A DNA stretch of 63,747 bases, the filler included, from Reticulomyxa filosa (Eukaryota > Protista > Foraminifera), in NCBI GenBank assembly GCA_000512085.1. It is 16 parts of 16 records of this genome, joined end to end, with 100 filler letters (N's around TTAATTAATTAA, not from the genome) between each part and the next. Parts side by side here need not be neighbours in the genome. Positions count along the whole stretch, not along the records: positions 42,187 to 56,805 come from ASPP01010594.1; positions 56,906 to 63,747 come from ASPP01019430.1; 14 more parts are not named here. One strand, 5' to 3'. The notes below the pieces were generated by a model, which had not been told where the DNA came from, did not search any database, and saw nothing but the letters and a program-made list of their open reading frames with translations. Made by a program: the position numbers and the translations under genes. Positions 52,801-63,747 of the stretch are shown in pieces. Each line of letters starts with the position of its first letter. Position 1 is the stretch's first letter.

Positions 52801-55234
52801 ATTCGCTGTCGAGAAATAGTGCTGTACGCATATCCCGTGGCGCCAAAGCCGTAACTGCTTTGGTCTCCGCAGTCGCCTTGGAAGTTCATGCCTCCACGCC
52901 ACAGGCCCACGGCCACTCGCCAGTGCTTTTCGTCATTGGCCGTGTCTTCGGCAGATATTTCGCTTATGTCGTCCGACACATTGCCTAGCTTCAATATCTT
53001 CACTTCAAAGTAATACTTGGGAATAGATAATGGGATCAAGTTATTGGCTCGACAATATCCGATCGAGTGTTGTCCCTTTTTGAACATGATTCGGAACTCG
53101 TGAGTCCTCGAAAATGTGATTCCGCTGGCTGACTCGGTGTCCAAATGGCTCGGCAAATGCACCTGCAACATTCGGAAAGGGGAGTACTTTAGCAACTGTT
53201 TCTGGGTCAATTGCGCCGCCGACTTGGGTATTCTTTCGTTCCATTTCAATGGCTTATCGTGCAATATTTCGGACAATCGGTCCTCTTGTTCTTCCAGATA
53301 CTCCACACTGCGATACTGATCCAAATCCATTGGTCGGGTGGCAATCGACAACAAATGGGGCAGCACGCGAGTCAAATCTCCTTGCTTTTCTTCCAACAGC
53401 ATTTTCGTGGCCTCAGGCTGCTGCAGTAAAGTGCACAGCGACTTCAATCCCAACGAGCGCAGCTGGTAAAACAGTAATTCGTCCAGAGATGGTTCCGGGA
53501 CCATTTGTGGGATCTCGATCGTCTTCTCTTCTTTTTTTGGCTCTTGGACTGATGGACGCGATATGCTTGGTTGCGATATGATTGGTTGCGATAAGTGCAT
53601 GTCAAATGAAAAGTCGTTCTCAAATGTCTGACTTTGCGACGGAGGGTTGGGATTTGGAGACGAGCAGACGTCGCAGATCGGTGAATGAATCGGGTTCTCA
53701 AGAGTACACGCGGAGCAGATCCACGTGGTTGGCAATAGCTCTGTTTCTAGGATTGGACTACTTGGAGCTTTCTTTCCACTGTCTTGTTTTGGTTTATCCT
53801 CTTCCTCTGTTGTGTTCGTCTTTGTATTTGTATCTGTTATTGGGGTACGTTTCATTTCTTCATTGTTCGAATCGACATTGGCATTGGCGTGATTGTCTTT
53901 TCGTGGATCACGTGTGTCGATATGCACTGGCTGGGTGAAGATGAGGAAATGTGACAACAACTCTTTTGTAACTTGGACACAACCCAAAGGACTGATTTCA
54001 CTCTTCGGTGACACTTTTTTGATTTCAATTGTCACGGGCTTTGTCACGTTATCGAACAACACCGAACACAATCCGGATGATCGACTAACCGACAGACAAA
54101 ATCCCTTTTCGATCATGTGATCATCTTCCTCTTCGCTAATTTTGAGCTCGACTCGACATCCCGGTCTCAATCTCTCCGTGTGTCCGCCCAACACGGCCAG
54201 ACATCCGATTAAGCGCATCACTTGCAAATAGTGTTGGGTGGCACTCTTGCTTTCCGTCAATGTCATCTGTTCTTCTTGGCGTTTGTGAACGACACAGCCC
54301 TTTTGTAAGTCGATAATGCCGGCCGCCTTTTCGAGTGTTTCATAAATGCATCCAATCATCAAATGCTTCCACTCCGACGCCTGAGTCAAAGTGCGAAGCA
54401 ACATGGCATAATCCAAGCCCAAATCTCTTTTCACTTCTGCCGACAATCGTAAGGTGTGATCCAACGCCGACCATTCGTGTTTCAAGTGGCTGTTCAGCGT
54501 GTTGTCGTCTTGGACCAACAGCAAGGCGCCCGTCGTCTCGAACAAGTAATAGATAAAGTCTAAAGGATTTTCCGGCGTGGTCGTCGTATTCTCGTCAAAC
54601 ATAGACAGCTCTTTCTCTTTTGTCAAAAATTGCAACGCCGACAAGCTTTTCTTGATTTGAGGCTCTTTCGCGACATTGGACTGTGATTGCTGCAATGGCT
54701 GCTGGTTTTGCAGCATTTTCAATATGCCAATATTCATCAATTCCGTCGGTGACATCAATTGCAAGATATCTCGAAGCACAATTAGCGTCACTCGTTTAAT
54801 GCGTGGCGATCCATGAATAAGCAACTGGGTCAATGTGTGTATCAAGTCTTTGGACTTCAAAAAGCTTTGCAAGGAGCCGCTGGAGGAGTACGTCAACGTG
54901 CGAATGCCGACCAAGTTCGTAAAGCATATGTCCTCAGCTTGCAAGAAACTTCGATCGAAATCGGTGATCGTGAAGCGAATATCGGCCTGGATGTCCCAAG
55001 CGGAGGCTTCGCTATCGTCTGATTGCGAGTGCGCATAGCTTTGCGCCTTTTCACGGAATGATGACAGTAGGTTAATGTGGTCCCTGGCCTCCTCATGGAA
55101 ATGTTGAAGAACGTGGATTTGCAAGCTTTCCAAATTCAAGTCATCTGGAGTCGGGGGAAGAGTTCCCTTCACGCCCTATTTGAAAATTCGGATATGTGAG
55201 CAAATTGTGGGTGTGGAAAACTCCATCGAAATTC

Positions 55235-55265
<31 letters not shown>

Positions 55266-56805
55266 TATATATGTATATTATATTCATACACACAAAACCT
55301 GAGGCTGGAATCCGACCAAAACGATGGACAGCAACGTATACAAGTGTTGGACTAATTGCAAATTCAATTCTCTTTGATGCAGCGGCAAAGAGCTCCAGTC
55401 AATGCCGATAGTGGAAAGCAAGGCGGTTTTGTTCGCGTCTTGTGTTGACGGCGAGGCGGTGTTAGACTGTTGTTGCGCGCTTGCGTAGGACGACATGGTG
55501 GTACTCGATTCAATCGCCCAGGACTTGTGCATGGTCTGGATGTACTTGGCCAGCATTTCATGAAGGAAATCCATGACTTTGCAGTTTGCAACAAATGTTT
55601 CTTCACTTTGGGTAAGAACAACCGCCCAGCTATTTAGCGCTTGTTGTTTTATCAACAATGGCGAATCTGCAGTCTGTTCGTCATATTTCATTATTTGCAA
55701 ACATACTTCATTTTCCAAGCAAACAAACAAAAAAATGTTCAATGTAATATCGATATATTTGCTCAACTTTAATCAAATGTGTGAAATAGTTGTATAATGC
55801 CTCCCAATTCTTTCGTACTGACTTCTCAATGATATCGCCACATGACTCAATATGACTCAAAAAGTGCTCCGTCTTTGGCCCTCGTTTGTCTCCAAATTCA
55901 CGCAATGGACAGTGCCATTCGTTCATCACGGTGATTCTCGCAGACAAACTGCGAAGACATTTTTGGCGTTTGCCGCTAATTTTGTTCTTGTCACTCTTCC
56001 ATTCATCGCTTTCTCGACTGTCGATCAATTCCAGTAGCTTTTGAACGCTTCACTGCGCAAAGACCCTCGTTTTTGGTGGGACTCGATCAATCGAAGGTAA
56101 CTTTGCAGAGGAGTGCTGGACTGAATAAAAGTCACCAGCAAATCGGGCAACGATGTCTGCTGTCCCAACTGTCCTTTTTTTTGTTTTTTGTAAAACAACA
56201 CTGTGTTCAAGGTTTGCCACGTGGAAAAGGCAGCTTTCCACGACTCCAGCTCCGACTTTGTATCGGAAGCGTGTCTTTCAAGCGACTGCAATCTCGAAAT
56301 TTGAACGGCCAATGAAAAGTCGGGCAGCTCTTCATCCGACGTGAGTCCTTCCATGTACATGCGGCAGTATGGTCGCACCGACAATAGAAACTTGGCCTTT
56401 TCTATTATCTCCTTACATAATCCTTCGTACGTGGCCTTTTCTTCCAGCATCTGATCATATGTGTATATATGTGTGTGTGTGTGTGTGATGGTCAATGTGT
56501 CAATTAACTTTTTGTTTGAATAGCCGCCCCCCCCCTCCCCCCACTTCTTCCCCTTTATGCTTTAGAGATTGCAACACACAATACGAAACTTTAATTTGAT
56601 TCAAGTCCAATTCTTCACCTTTTTCAGAGGCTTGTGTGATTACTCTTTCATGCTCTTGTTGCAATGTCTGCTTTTCATTTATAATCCATTGACGTAATCG
56701 TTTTCCGAGTTTGAACACAAATAACAGTTTTTGATTCCATTGGCTCTGCATATGGCTTGGAGTCTATTCGTTGAAGGAGAGGAGAGAGGGGAGAGAGAGA
56801 GAGAG
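46751..56805 (-). CDS. Giant HECT E3 ubiquitin ligase (HERC1/HERC2/HECTD4-like), multi-exon, 5'-partial
   Basis: LAVLGGHTERLRPGCRV motif; RanBP2-type ZnF WICSACTLENPIHSPICDVC; SPRY (YYFEVKI...EGDCVGVCWD...IFFTKNG...NLGQEP); UBA-like; CUB-like (ESEHKPY...VPGASRLMVTFD...YWGFRF); LamG-like (WYHVAVT...PIYLG); HECT (YEGEGGTDAGGLFRD...FLRFVWGQSRLP...VS|HTCFFTLELPKYSS...AIDTD). One frameshift near 48880-48900. Confidence 0.93.
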
Positions 56806-56905
56806 NNNNNNNNNNNNNNNNNNNNNNNNNNNNNNNNNNNNNNNNNNNNTTAATTAATTAANNNNNNNNNNNNNNNNNNNNNNNNNNNNNNNNNNNNNNN
56901 NNNNN
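56806..56905. other. Artificial contig spacer
   Basis: 44 N + TTAATTAATTAA + 44 N. Confidence 0.98.
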
Positions 56906-58144
56906 ATCACATACAATTGATTCTTATTTGATCGAATATCCCAAAATCGGATTGTATTATCCATTGACCCAGAGCATATCACATTTGAATTACCACCAAC
57001 CTCAACATTATTTATTACAAAAGGTGAGTATTCAACAGACCATACTTGATTTGTATGTCCATTGAACACTTGGATTTGCTGACCAGATCGAATATCCCAC
57101 AAACGAACGCTTTCATCGTCTGATCCAGACAATATTGCATTTGCACCACAAATAGTTCCGAATTTATTTGATCCATATTTTACACTCCTAATCCAATTTT
57201 TATGTCCTTTAAAAACAACTAATTGTTTAGTTGTTTCAATATCCCATGTGCAGATTGTTTTATCCCATGATCCAGAACAAATAGTATATCCATTACCACC
57301 AATTACACCAATATTGTTGCTTTCATCGAGCATATTGTTATTACTTTGCGATGGTGAAATATCAACACACCAAACACTGCGTGTATGTCCATTGAAAACA
57401 TGTAATGATTTGGATGTCTCAACATCCCATAAATGAATCGTTTTATCATCTGATCCAGAGCAAAAATATCTGCCACCATTAAATGATGAAAATTTAATGC
57501 CACCAACCCAGCCAACGTGTCCATGAAATATTTGCAATTGTCGACCGTCTTTGATATCCCAAAAACGAATAGTTTTATCAACTGATGAAGAACAAACGAC
57601 ATTTCGACGATGATTATGGTAGTGATATGACGAAAATTTCGCGCAATACACATGAGATAAATGTCCACTGAATGATTGAATTTGTTTATTTGTCTTTGTA
57701 TTCCATATACGAACTGTTTTATCCCATGACCCAGAACAAAGTAATTGACTATCATTGAATGTTGAATAATCAACTGTACATGCAAACGCCGTGTGCCCAG
57801 TGAAAGTTTTGGTTAATTTAGATGATGAACGAAATGTGTCAAGCATGATGAAGGCTGTTGTCTGTTAAATGATTAACAATAAATAGATTTTTATTTTGAT
57901 TGTAATTTAATGAAAAGAAAAACAAAAATACATAACAAAATTGATGATAAGTTTATCAAAATCATAAATCCATCCTAATTTAATCTTTACTATTCGAATC
58001 CAATGTTGGATAATTATTTGGATCACTTCTTCTTCTGACTGTTTTAGTTGAAACACATACTAAATATAATTTTCCGAAATTCGAAATGAAGCTTACCAAC
58101 GCTCCTTGTGTCGAAGTTTGCTTTTCGTTGCTAAGAGAGGTCAT
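56906..58144 (-). CDS. WD40-repeat family paralogue 3, apparently intact, 3'-truncated by contig end
   Basis: MTSLSNEKQTSTQGAL | SEEEVIQIIIQHWIRIVKIKLGWIYDFDKLIINF | TTAFIMLDTFRSSSKLTKTFTGHT... with six GH...WD repeats in an open frame. Confidence 0.85.
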
Positions 58145-58539
58145 TATTTTAATTTATTTTTATCTTTTGAGATGATGTAATCTGAAAAAACGTATGAACT
58201 TTTTTCTCTAGATGAAAATTAAGTCACACAATGCTTTTTTTCGATGAAAAGTCAAAAGCTCAAAAAAATGTGAAATGAAGCATAATTATTACGCATAAAT
58301 AGTGCATCACTTTCATGTTGTGAATCACACTGACTAAATTAAAGGGAATAAAAAAAGATCTGTTCATCGTGAGTTTATTTTTCACAAAAAGTTTACATAT
58401 TGAATAAATCAGCTTATCCACCTGCTTCCAAAAGTTACAATCATTCAAATGTTTTTCAAGTTTTTTGATAATCCTTGCATTGATCTTAAAACAAATCCAA
58501 ATAATTTTTCATTTTCATCATTGAACGAAAACTTTAATT

Positions 58540-58765
58540 AATGAAAAACAACCTTCATTGAAGCTCTCATTGGTAAGTTTCAGTTCAATTTTTCAGAAAG
58601 AATACTTGTGTAAAATTTTCGTATCATTATCAAAATGCTGTTTATTTTTTATCAAACGATACTATTTGTTTTTGGGTTTTCAAAAATAATCAACAATTAC
58701 AATCATTCAATGGGCATGGATCATTAAATAGAACAATTCGTTTATGGGACGTTGAACATCTGAAT
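58540..58765 (+). pseudogene. Small WD40-family relic
   Basis: Exon-1-like end (...CATTG|GTAAGT) and GSLNRTIRLWDVE at ~58718-58756. Confidence 0.45.
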
Positions 58766-58849
58766 AATTACAATCTTTTTTAAAAGTTAAAAACCATTTA
58801 CTAACACACTCATGGCTAATTTTAAATTTTTTGGCCACTTTACGATAGC

Positions 58850-59566
58850 TTGAGCCATTTCGTACCATTTCATTGCTTTTTTAAAATTGAATAATTATAA
58901 TTCATCTTTAAAATTAATGCATTTATTTGTACTTTTTTTGACCCAAGATCTTTGATTATATCTTTCAGTGATTTAACATTATTAATTACCAGGTTGAAAT
59001 GAAATAACATATTGTTAATTAAATGCTGGCTTAATTTTTTCATAATACATTTATGATTACATCCAAATGCATTAAACCAGCATCGTATTTTTTAAATCAC
59101 AACCATTATCTAAATAATGTTTAATGTCCTTTATTTTTCCTTGAAAATCACATAAAATAATATTTTTATCTTTTTGTATTTTATGTGTTTTCAAATCTTC
59201 TTTAAACTGCCTTGGACATTTAATTTTTAATTCATTAATTTGCATTTCACCTAATTTTATTGCTATATATACATTCATCATGTGGCTGAATAGGGCAATT
59301 ATTATTATTTTTACTGAGGAATTCTTTCAAACAATTCTATCCAACAACCAATAATTCGTTCATATCTTTGTACAAATAATCTCAACTGGATTATTTGCAA
59401 CTTGTTTGCAAATCAAAAAAATAAAAGATTGTATTTATCCTTGTATTTAATTGTAATAAACAATTCTATCAAAACATTGTTCAATGAGTGAACCTTGATT
59501 TAATTCAGATTCAATATTTAAATCAAATCAAGATTATTTTAAGTACTTTTTTTTTTCCAATTGCAT
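58850..59566 (-). pseudogene. RING/TRAF-type zinc-finger pseudogene
   Basis: QCFDR..., LICKQVANNPVEIIC, CLKEFLSKNNNNCPIQPHDEC, ELKIKCPRQF, CDFQGKIKDIKHYLDNGC, FGCNH, with frameshifts and stops. Confidence 0.7.
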
Positions 59567-62429
59567 TTAAAAAAACAAACATGAAGATTTCAAAGGTCAC
59601 CTTAGACTATCTATTGAAAAAAATTAAAAATAAACAAAGTATTGAAGTTCCAAATATTGAACAAAAATTCGAATTGGAATCTGTCAAGACAACTTTCTTG
59701 AGTTGAACGATAATGTCAAGACAAAAAACAATGATGTTTTGACTGTATTTAAGTTTAATGAATGTAAAAGAAATATAGTTCTGTCAAAGCTTTAAAATCT
59801 CATACCAATTATGAATATGTGTGTAGGTATTGCAGCAAAGTTATTTTTTTTTCTTTAAAAAATTTTTCATCAGCAGATCAAACTATGATATATACGTGTT
59901 TACTCATAATATAAAGAAAAAATTTGAATGTGGCCAATGTAACAACAATTCAAAACCAATATTAGGTAATTTTGTTTATTGTAATTGTTGATTAAAATTT
60001 TTAACTTCAACATACACTTTTTCTTTGATTTGAATATTGTATTTAGAATGATTTAGAAGTTAAAATGAAATTTCTATTTTATGATAAATTGATTTTCAAT
60101 CTGTATTTCGTTATGAATGTTACTTTGATTATTGTCATGTTGATTCAACTCAACCAAATCATGTGGAATTTCTAGTGCGATATTTGGTGCATTTGCTAAT
60201 CGAAGACTTTCACAGAACAACTATTCAAAAACAACTTATTATTTTATTAAAAAAACAAAAAATATATTAACGTTAATAAATGGCCCAAAATCAAATTCAA
60301 AAGCAAAATCCGACTGAATCACAACAGTGTTGAATTGATCTGGTTAAAAAAGAAAATCTGACTCAAACTTAAAATTTGAGCTTATTGTTGTATCATTTTC
60401 ATTACTTATTAAATTTCTTTCAATTTTGATTAACAAATGAATATATTTCATTTAAGATTTTTTTTTATGATCATTTTTTATACTGTTTTATCAAATCTTT
60501 TATTCAAATCTTTTTTTTTCTGTTGCACTTTCTATCAAGTAATTACTCTAATTTTTTTATAGTAATTTTATTTTATTCGAAAATTTTGTTCAATTGTACT
60601 TTTTCATTCGGTTGTAATAACTACTTGTAGTCATAACAATTGTATATAAGAATCATTGTGAGAAAATAAAATTCGGGATTCGTTATTCTATTATTTGTAG
60701 ATCCTTAAAATCAATTTTTTATATATGTATATAATTAAATTTTTTCTTCATTGTTTGCAGAAAACCAAATTTGAACATTCAAGAATATATGATTTTTGAA
60801 ACACTTAAAATTTAATTATAATCATTATAGAAAAGTGAAATTGAGTATACATAAAGTTTAAGTAAAAATGATATGTGTTGAGATCATTTGCAAATTGTTA
60901 AATTTGTGATAATTGAATATGTAGTAGTATCATGATTAAAAGCATTTGCCACAATTAATGCACTTTGCTTTTTCTTTAGATAAATAATTGAATATTTGCA
61001 TTACTTGTTTGATATTAAGTTCTTTTTTTCTTAAGCTTTATGAATCTTTAATTTAGCTTTTTATATAATCATGCAAATTATGTAGAAAAATGATTTAACG
61101 TATTCTACAAATTATACACTAGCAATATAACTATTTTTATAAACAGTACTAAAAGAAAAAACTATATGCATATATATTATCTGAATCATAAGTTTTTTAC
61201 TGCAATGAAATCTATTAACAGAAAAGCGTTTTTAAGGACCTGTATACAACTTGTTATGACGACTATTAAAATTGTCAAATTATTTATGGACAAATACTTT
61301 GGCTGAAGCAAGGTCATGATAATGAATATATAGAAGAAATTAATGAAGGTGTGTTTAAATATACATGTATAATATTTGTACATATAATAATTGCCTGATT
61401 GTTGTCTTATTATAGTGGAAAATTGTGTATCTTTATTAGACTGCAAAGATGAATTGCTGTCCAGTAATTATCAAGATTTGGATGACTGTATGTAATATAT
61501 AACAATATTTATATATTTATATTTTGTTTGTTTATTTATTTGAGTTATAGTACAAAAAGTCATTGACAACTTAGGAAGACAATTGTCTAATAACCTTTTT
61601 GAAGCAAATAATTCAATTTTTCCAAAATGGATAGCAAAAATATATGTTTCGTCTTTTTGTCATTGTATTAGCCTTTATATTAAAAAGTTTGATTAAATAT
61701 AAAATAAACAACATGATTTGACTGAAGATTGCCCAAAACAGGAAAGCATTAGAAATTATTTTCAATCGAAGACAAAAATCGTGAATACGCACAACAATGA
61801 TGACGATTGTTGTGAGTATGTTTGCTCCGAAAACCACAACATTAACATCTTGAACAACGTGAAAGTTTTCAACTACGTAAAATCAGGAATTAATTATTTT
61901 TGATTTAGCGGAAAAGCGCTTACAATGTAAGACAAATAGAACCAACAAGATCGACGGAGTTAAACTGAAAGAAATAAAGCACAAAAGCGATATGAGCCAC
62001 ATTTGTATATCTGAGGAATTTATTGATTTGTAGTACACTAGACTCAGGTCCGTAAATGCTGCAAAATGAGAGCGCTTGAAAAATATGAAGAACTTAAAAG
62101 AGATTATACGAACATCTGGATAATCGCAATAAGCATTAGACCTTGTGACCAGGCTGCGTTTTCTAGGTATGAGATCGTTCAATGCAAAGAAGGAGCTAAT
62201 TGACAATGAGTTATCACTAGAACATTTAAACCAGTAAGAAGAGAAAAAGAAGTGACATCAGCGACAGCGGGGATACCTTTGCAAGCACTGCAAGTAAAAA
62301 ATGTCGAACACAGTACATACAAAATATGGCATTTCAAGAATATCATGGATATCTATCGTAGCCAATGCAGTATTCGGGGCACTTCTGACAAGCAATAAAA
62401 CTGAAGACTAGCCAGAAAAGTAAATTCGC

Positions 62430-63170
62430 AATAATGTGATAGTTTTGGAAATATTTCATTTTGTTTGTTAATGCTGATGTATACAATTCAATGCTTTATT
62501 CCGGATCACGGGATATGTCATTTTGTATATTGGATACATTTGAAAGAAAATTACAAATTAAATATAATACATGTTATGATTCTATTAGTGGCTTAAAATA
62601 TTCAAAATATCATTATTTGCACAAAAAAGAAGATGCTTCCATAATATCTTATGGCAATTATATTAGTATTTATGATATTAAAAGTAAAAAGATATCATAG
62701 TCATGTAAATTATCTAGATATGGTGTACATGATATAGCAATATCATCATTAATGATAGTCAATATCTAGGTGTTGCTACTTTTGATAAAATATCAAATTA
62801 GTAAACTTAGCCAAAAAAATTAGTCAATTTGATGGATATATGGGAAGTGTATGGTCAATAGACTTATCTTCATCGAAAATAAAAAAGAAAGTTCAATTTC
62901 GATCTGGAAAACAAATTTGTGTTTTCAAAGGACATCAACATTTTGTAACTGCTGTTGAATATATTCCATATATAATAATGTGATTAATGGTTATTTAATA
63001 TATTCAGGGTCAGCAGATGAATATATTCTTTTGGGATATTAGAATGAATAAAATACTTAATGAAATAAAGGCAAATGGTGGAATACGTTTTATGAAATTA
63101 TTGGAATCAAATAAAGGATTTCAAATTTGTTGTGGTTTCGATGATGGAAAAATAATAATTTTTGGATAAT
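62430..63170 (+). pseudogene. Decayed WD40-repeat pseudogene (more divergent subfamily)
   Basis: LYSGSRDMSFCILD; FDGYMGSVWSIDL; RSGKQICVFKGHQHFVTAVE; YSGSADE..WDIR; CCGFDDGKIIIFG*, with frameshifts and stops. Confidence 0.7.
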
Positions 63171-63747
63171 TATATTCAATTTATGATTTTCTTTTAAGCT
63201 GGTAGTTAGTAAGATTATATATTATTGTACTTATTGTTTATTTTTTTATTAGAAAAACTTTTGCAACTATTTGGTGATATTAACATTTGTGAAAGAAATT
63301 ATTTAATAGATTATTGTCTAAAAAAAAGATAAAAACAACCTTTGATTTTTTTTTGAAAAAAAATTATATAATTTTGGAACGAGATTTTTTTTTCGCATTC
63401 ATTTTTCTCTCAAGTCAATTTGGATATTTGCAGATAATCCCGTTCCTTTTTTCTAATTAGATGATTGTACTACATCTTCTGATAGATATTATTATGATAT
63501 TTGATATACATTCCATTGTCAATTCTCACAGATTTTTTGAGGATATTGAAATGTGAAATACTTAGTTTGTATTCTCACCAGGGTCTGCCATTTTCAATAT
63601 TGCATTTTTTTTCAATATTGATTGATTTGAAAGAGAAATATCTTTTTTTCACAGAATTAACATTATGTTAAGAAAATGTACTACAGTATATTGCAAAAAA
63701 AACCGCTATACCTAAATGGCACTATATAAAGAGAATCGATTTTCTCC

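Noticed and set aside
59800-62400. Possible further gene relics (Cys-containing fragments, ORFs 61718-61903 and 61883-62206)
   Set aside because: Too decayed to assign.

Overview
This window is not one locus. It is 16 short contigs joined by 15 identical artificial 100-nt spacers (44 N + TTAATTAATTAA + 44 N), so gene neighbourhood means nothing across a spacer. The DNA is eukaryotic and AT-rich, with short GT-AG introns full of (AT)n/(AC)n/poly-A/T tracts. It carries an expanded WD40 family and many pseudogenes. This profile looks like a foraminiferan such as Reticulomyxa filosa (inference from recalled family signatures, no search run). Recognisable genes: a PP4R1-like HEAT subunit, a CLC chloride channel, a tandem CAP-Gly protein, a Tudor-USP deubiquitinase fragment, a DHX37-like N-terminus, a PH-domain fragment, a cyclic-nucleotide-binding-like protein, and a giant HERC/HECTD4-like HECT E3 ligase. 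There are also three near-complete WD40 paralogues plus relics, a RING/TRAF pseudogene and a decayed LINE (RT/RNase H). The most notable item is a spliced gene at 20229-18934 (-). It closely matches p1, the Myb/homeobox-like subunit of the ciliate MTA1c/AMT1 DNA N6-adenine methyltransferase complex, which suggests ApT 6mA machinery in this lineage. Second is the WD40 family, whose paralogues vary mainly at the propeller top-face positions known to diversify in fungal HET-E/NWD non-self receptors. Several frameshifts fall in homopolymers and are probably sequencing errors. All homology calls come from motif recognition, not database searches.
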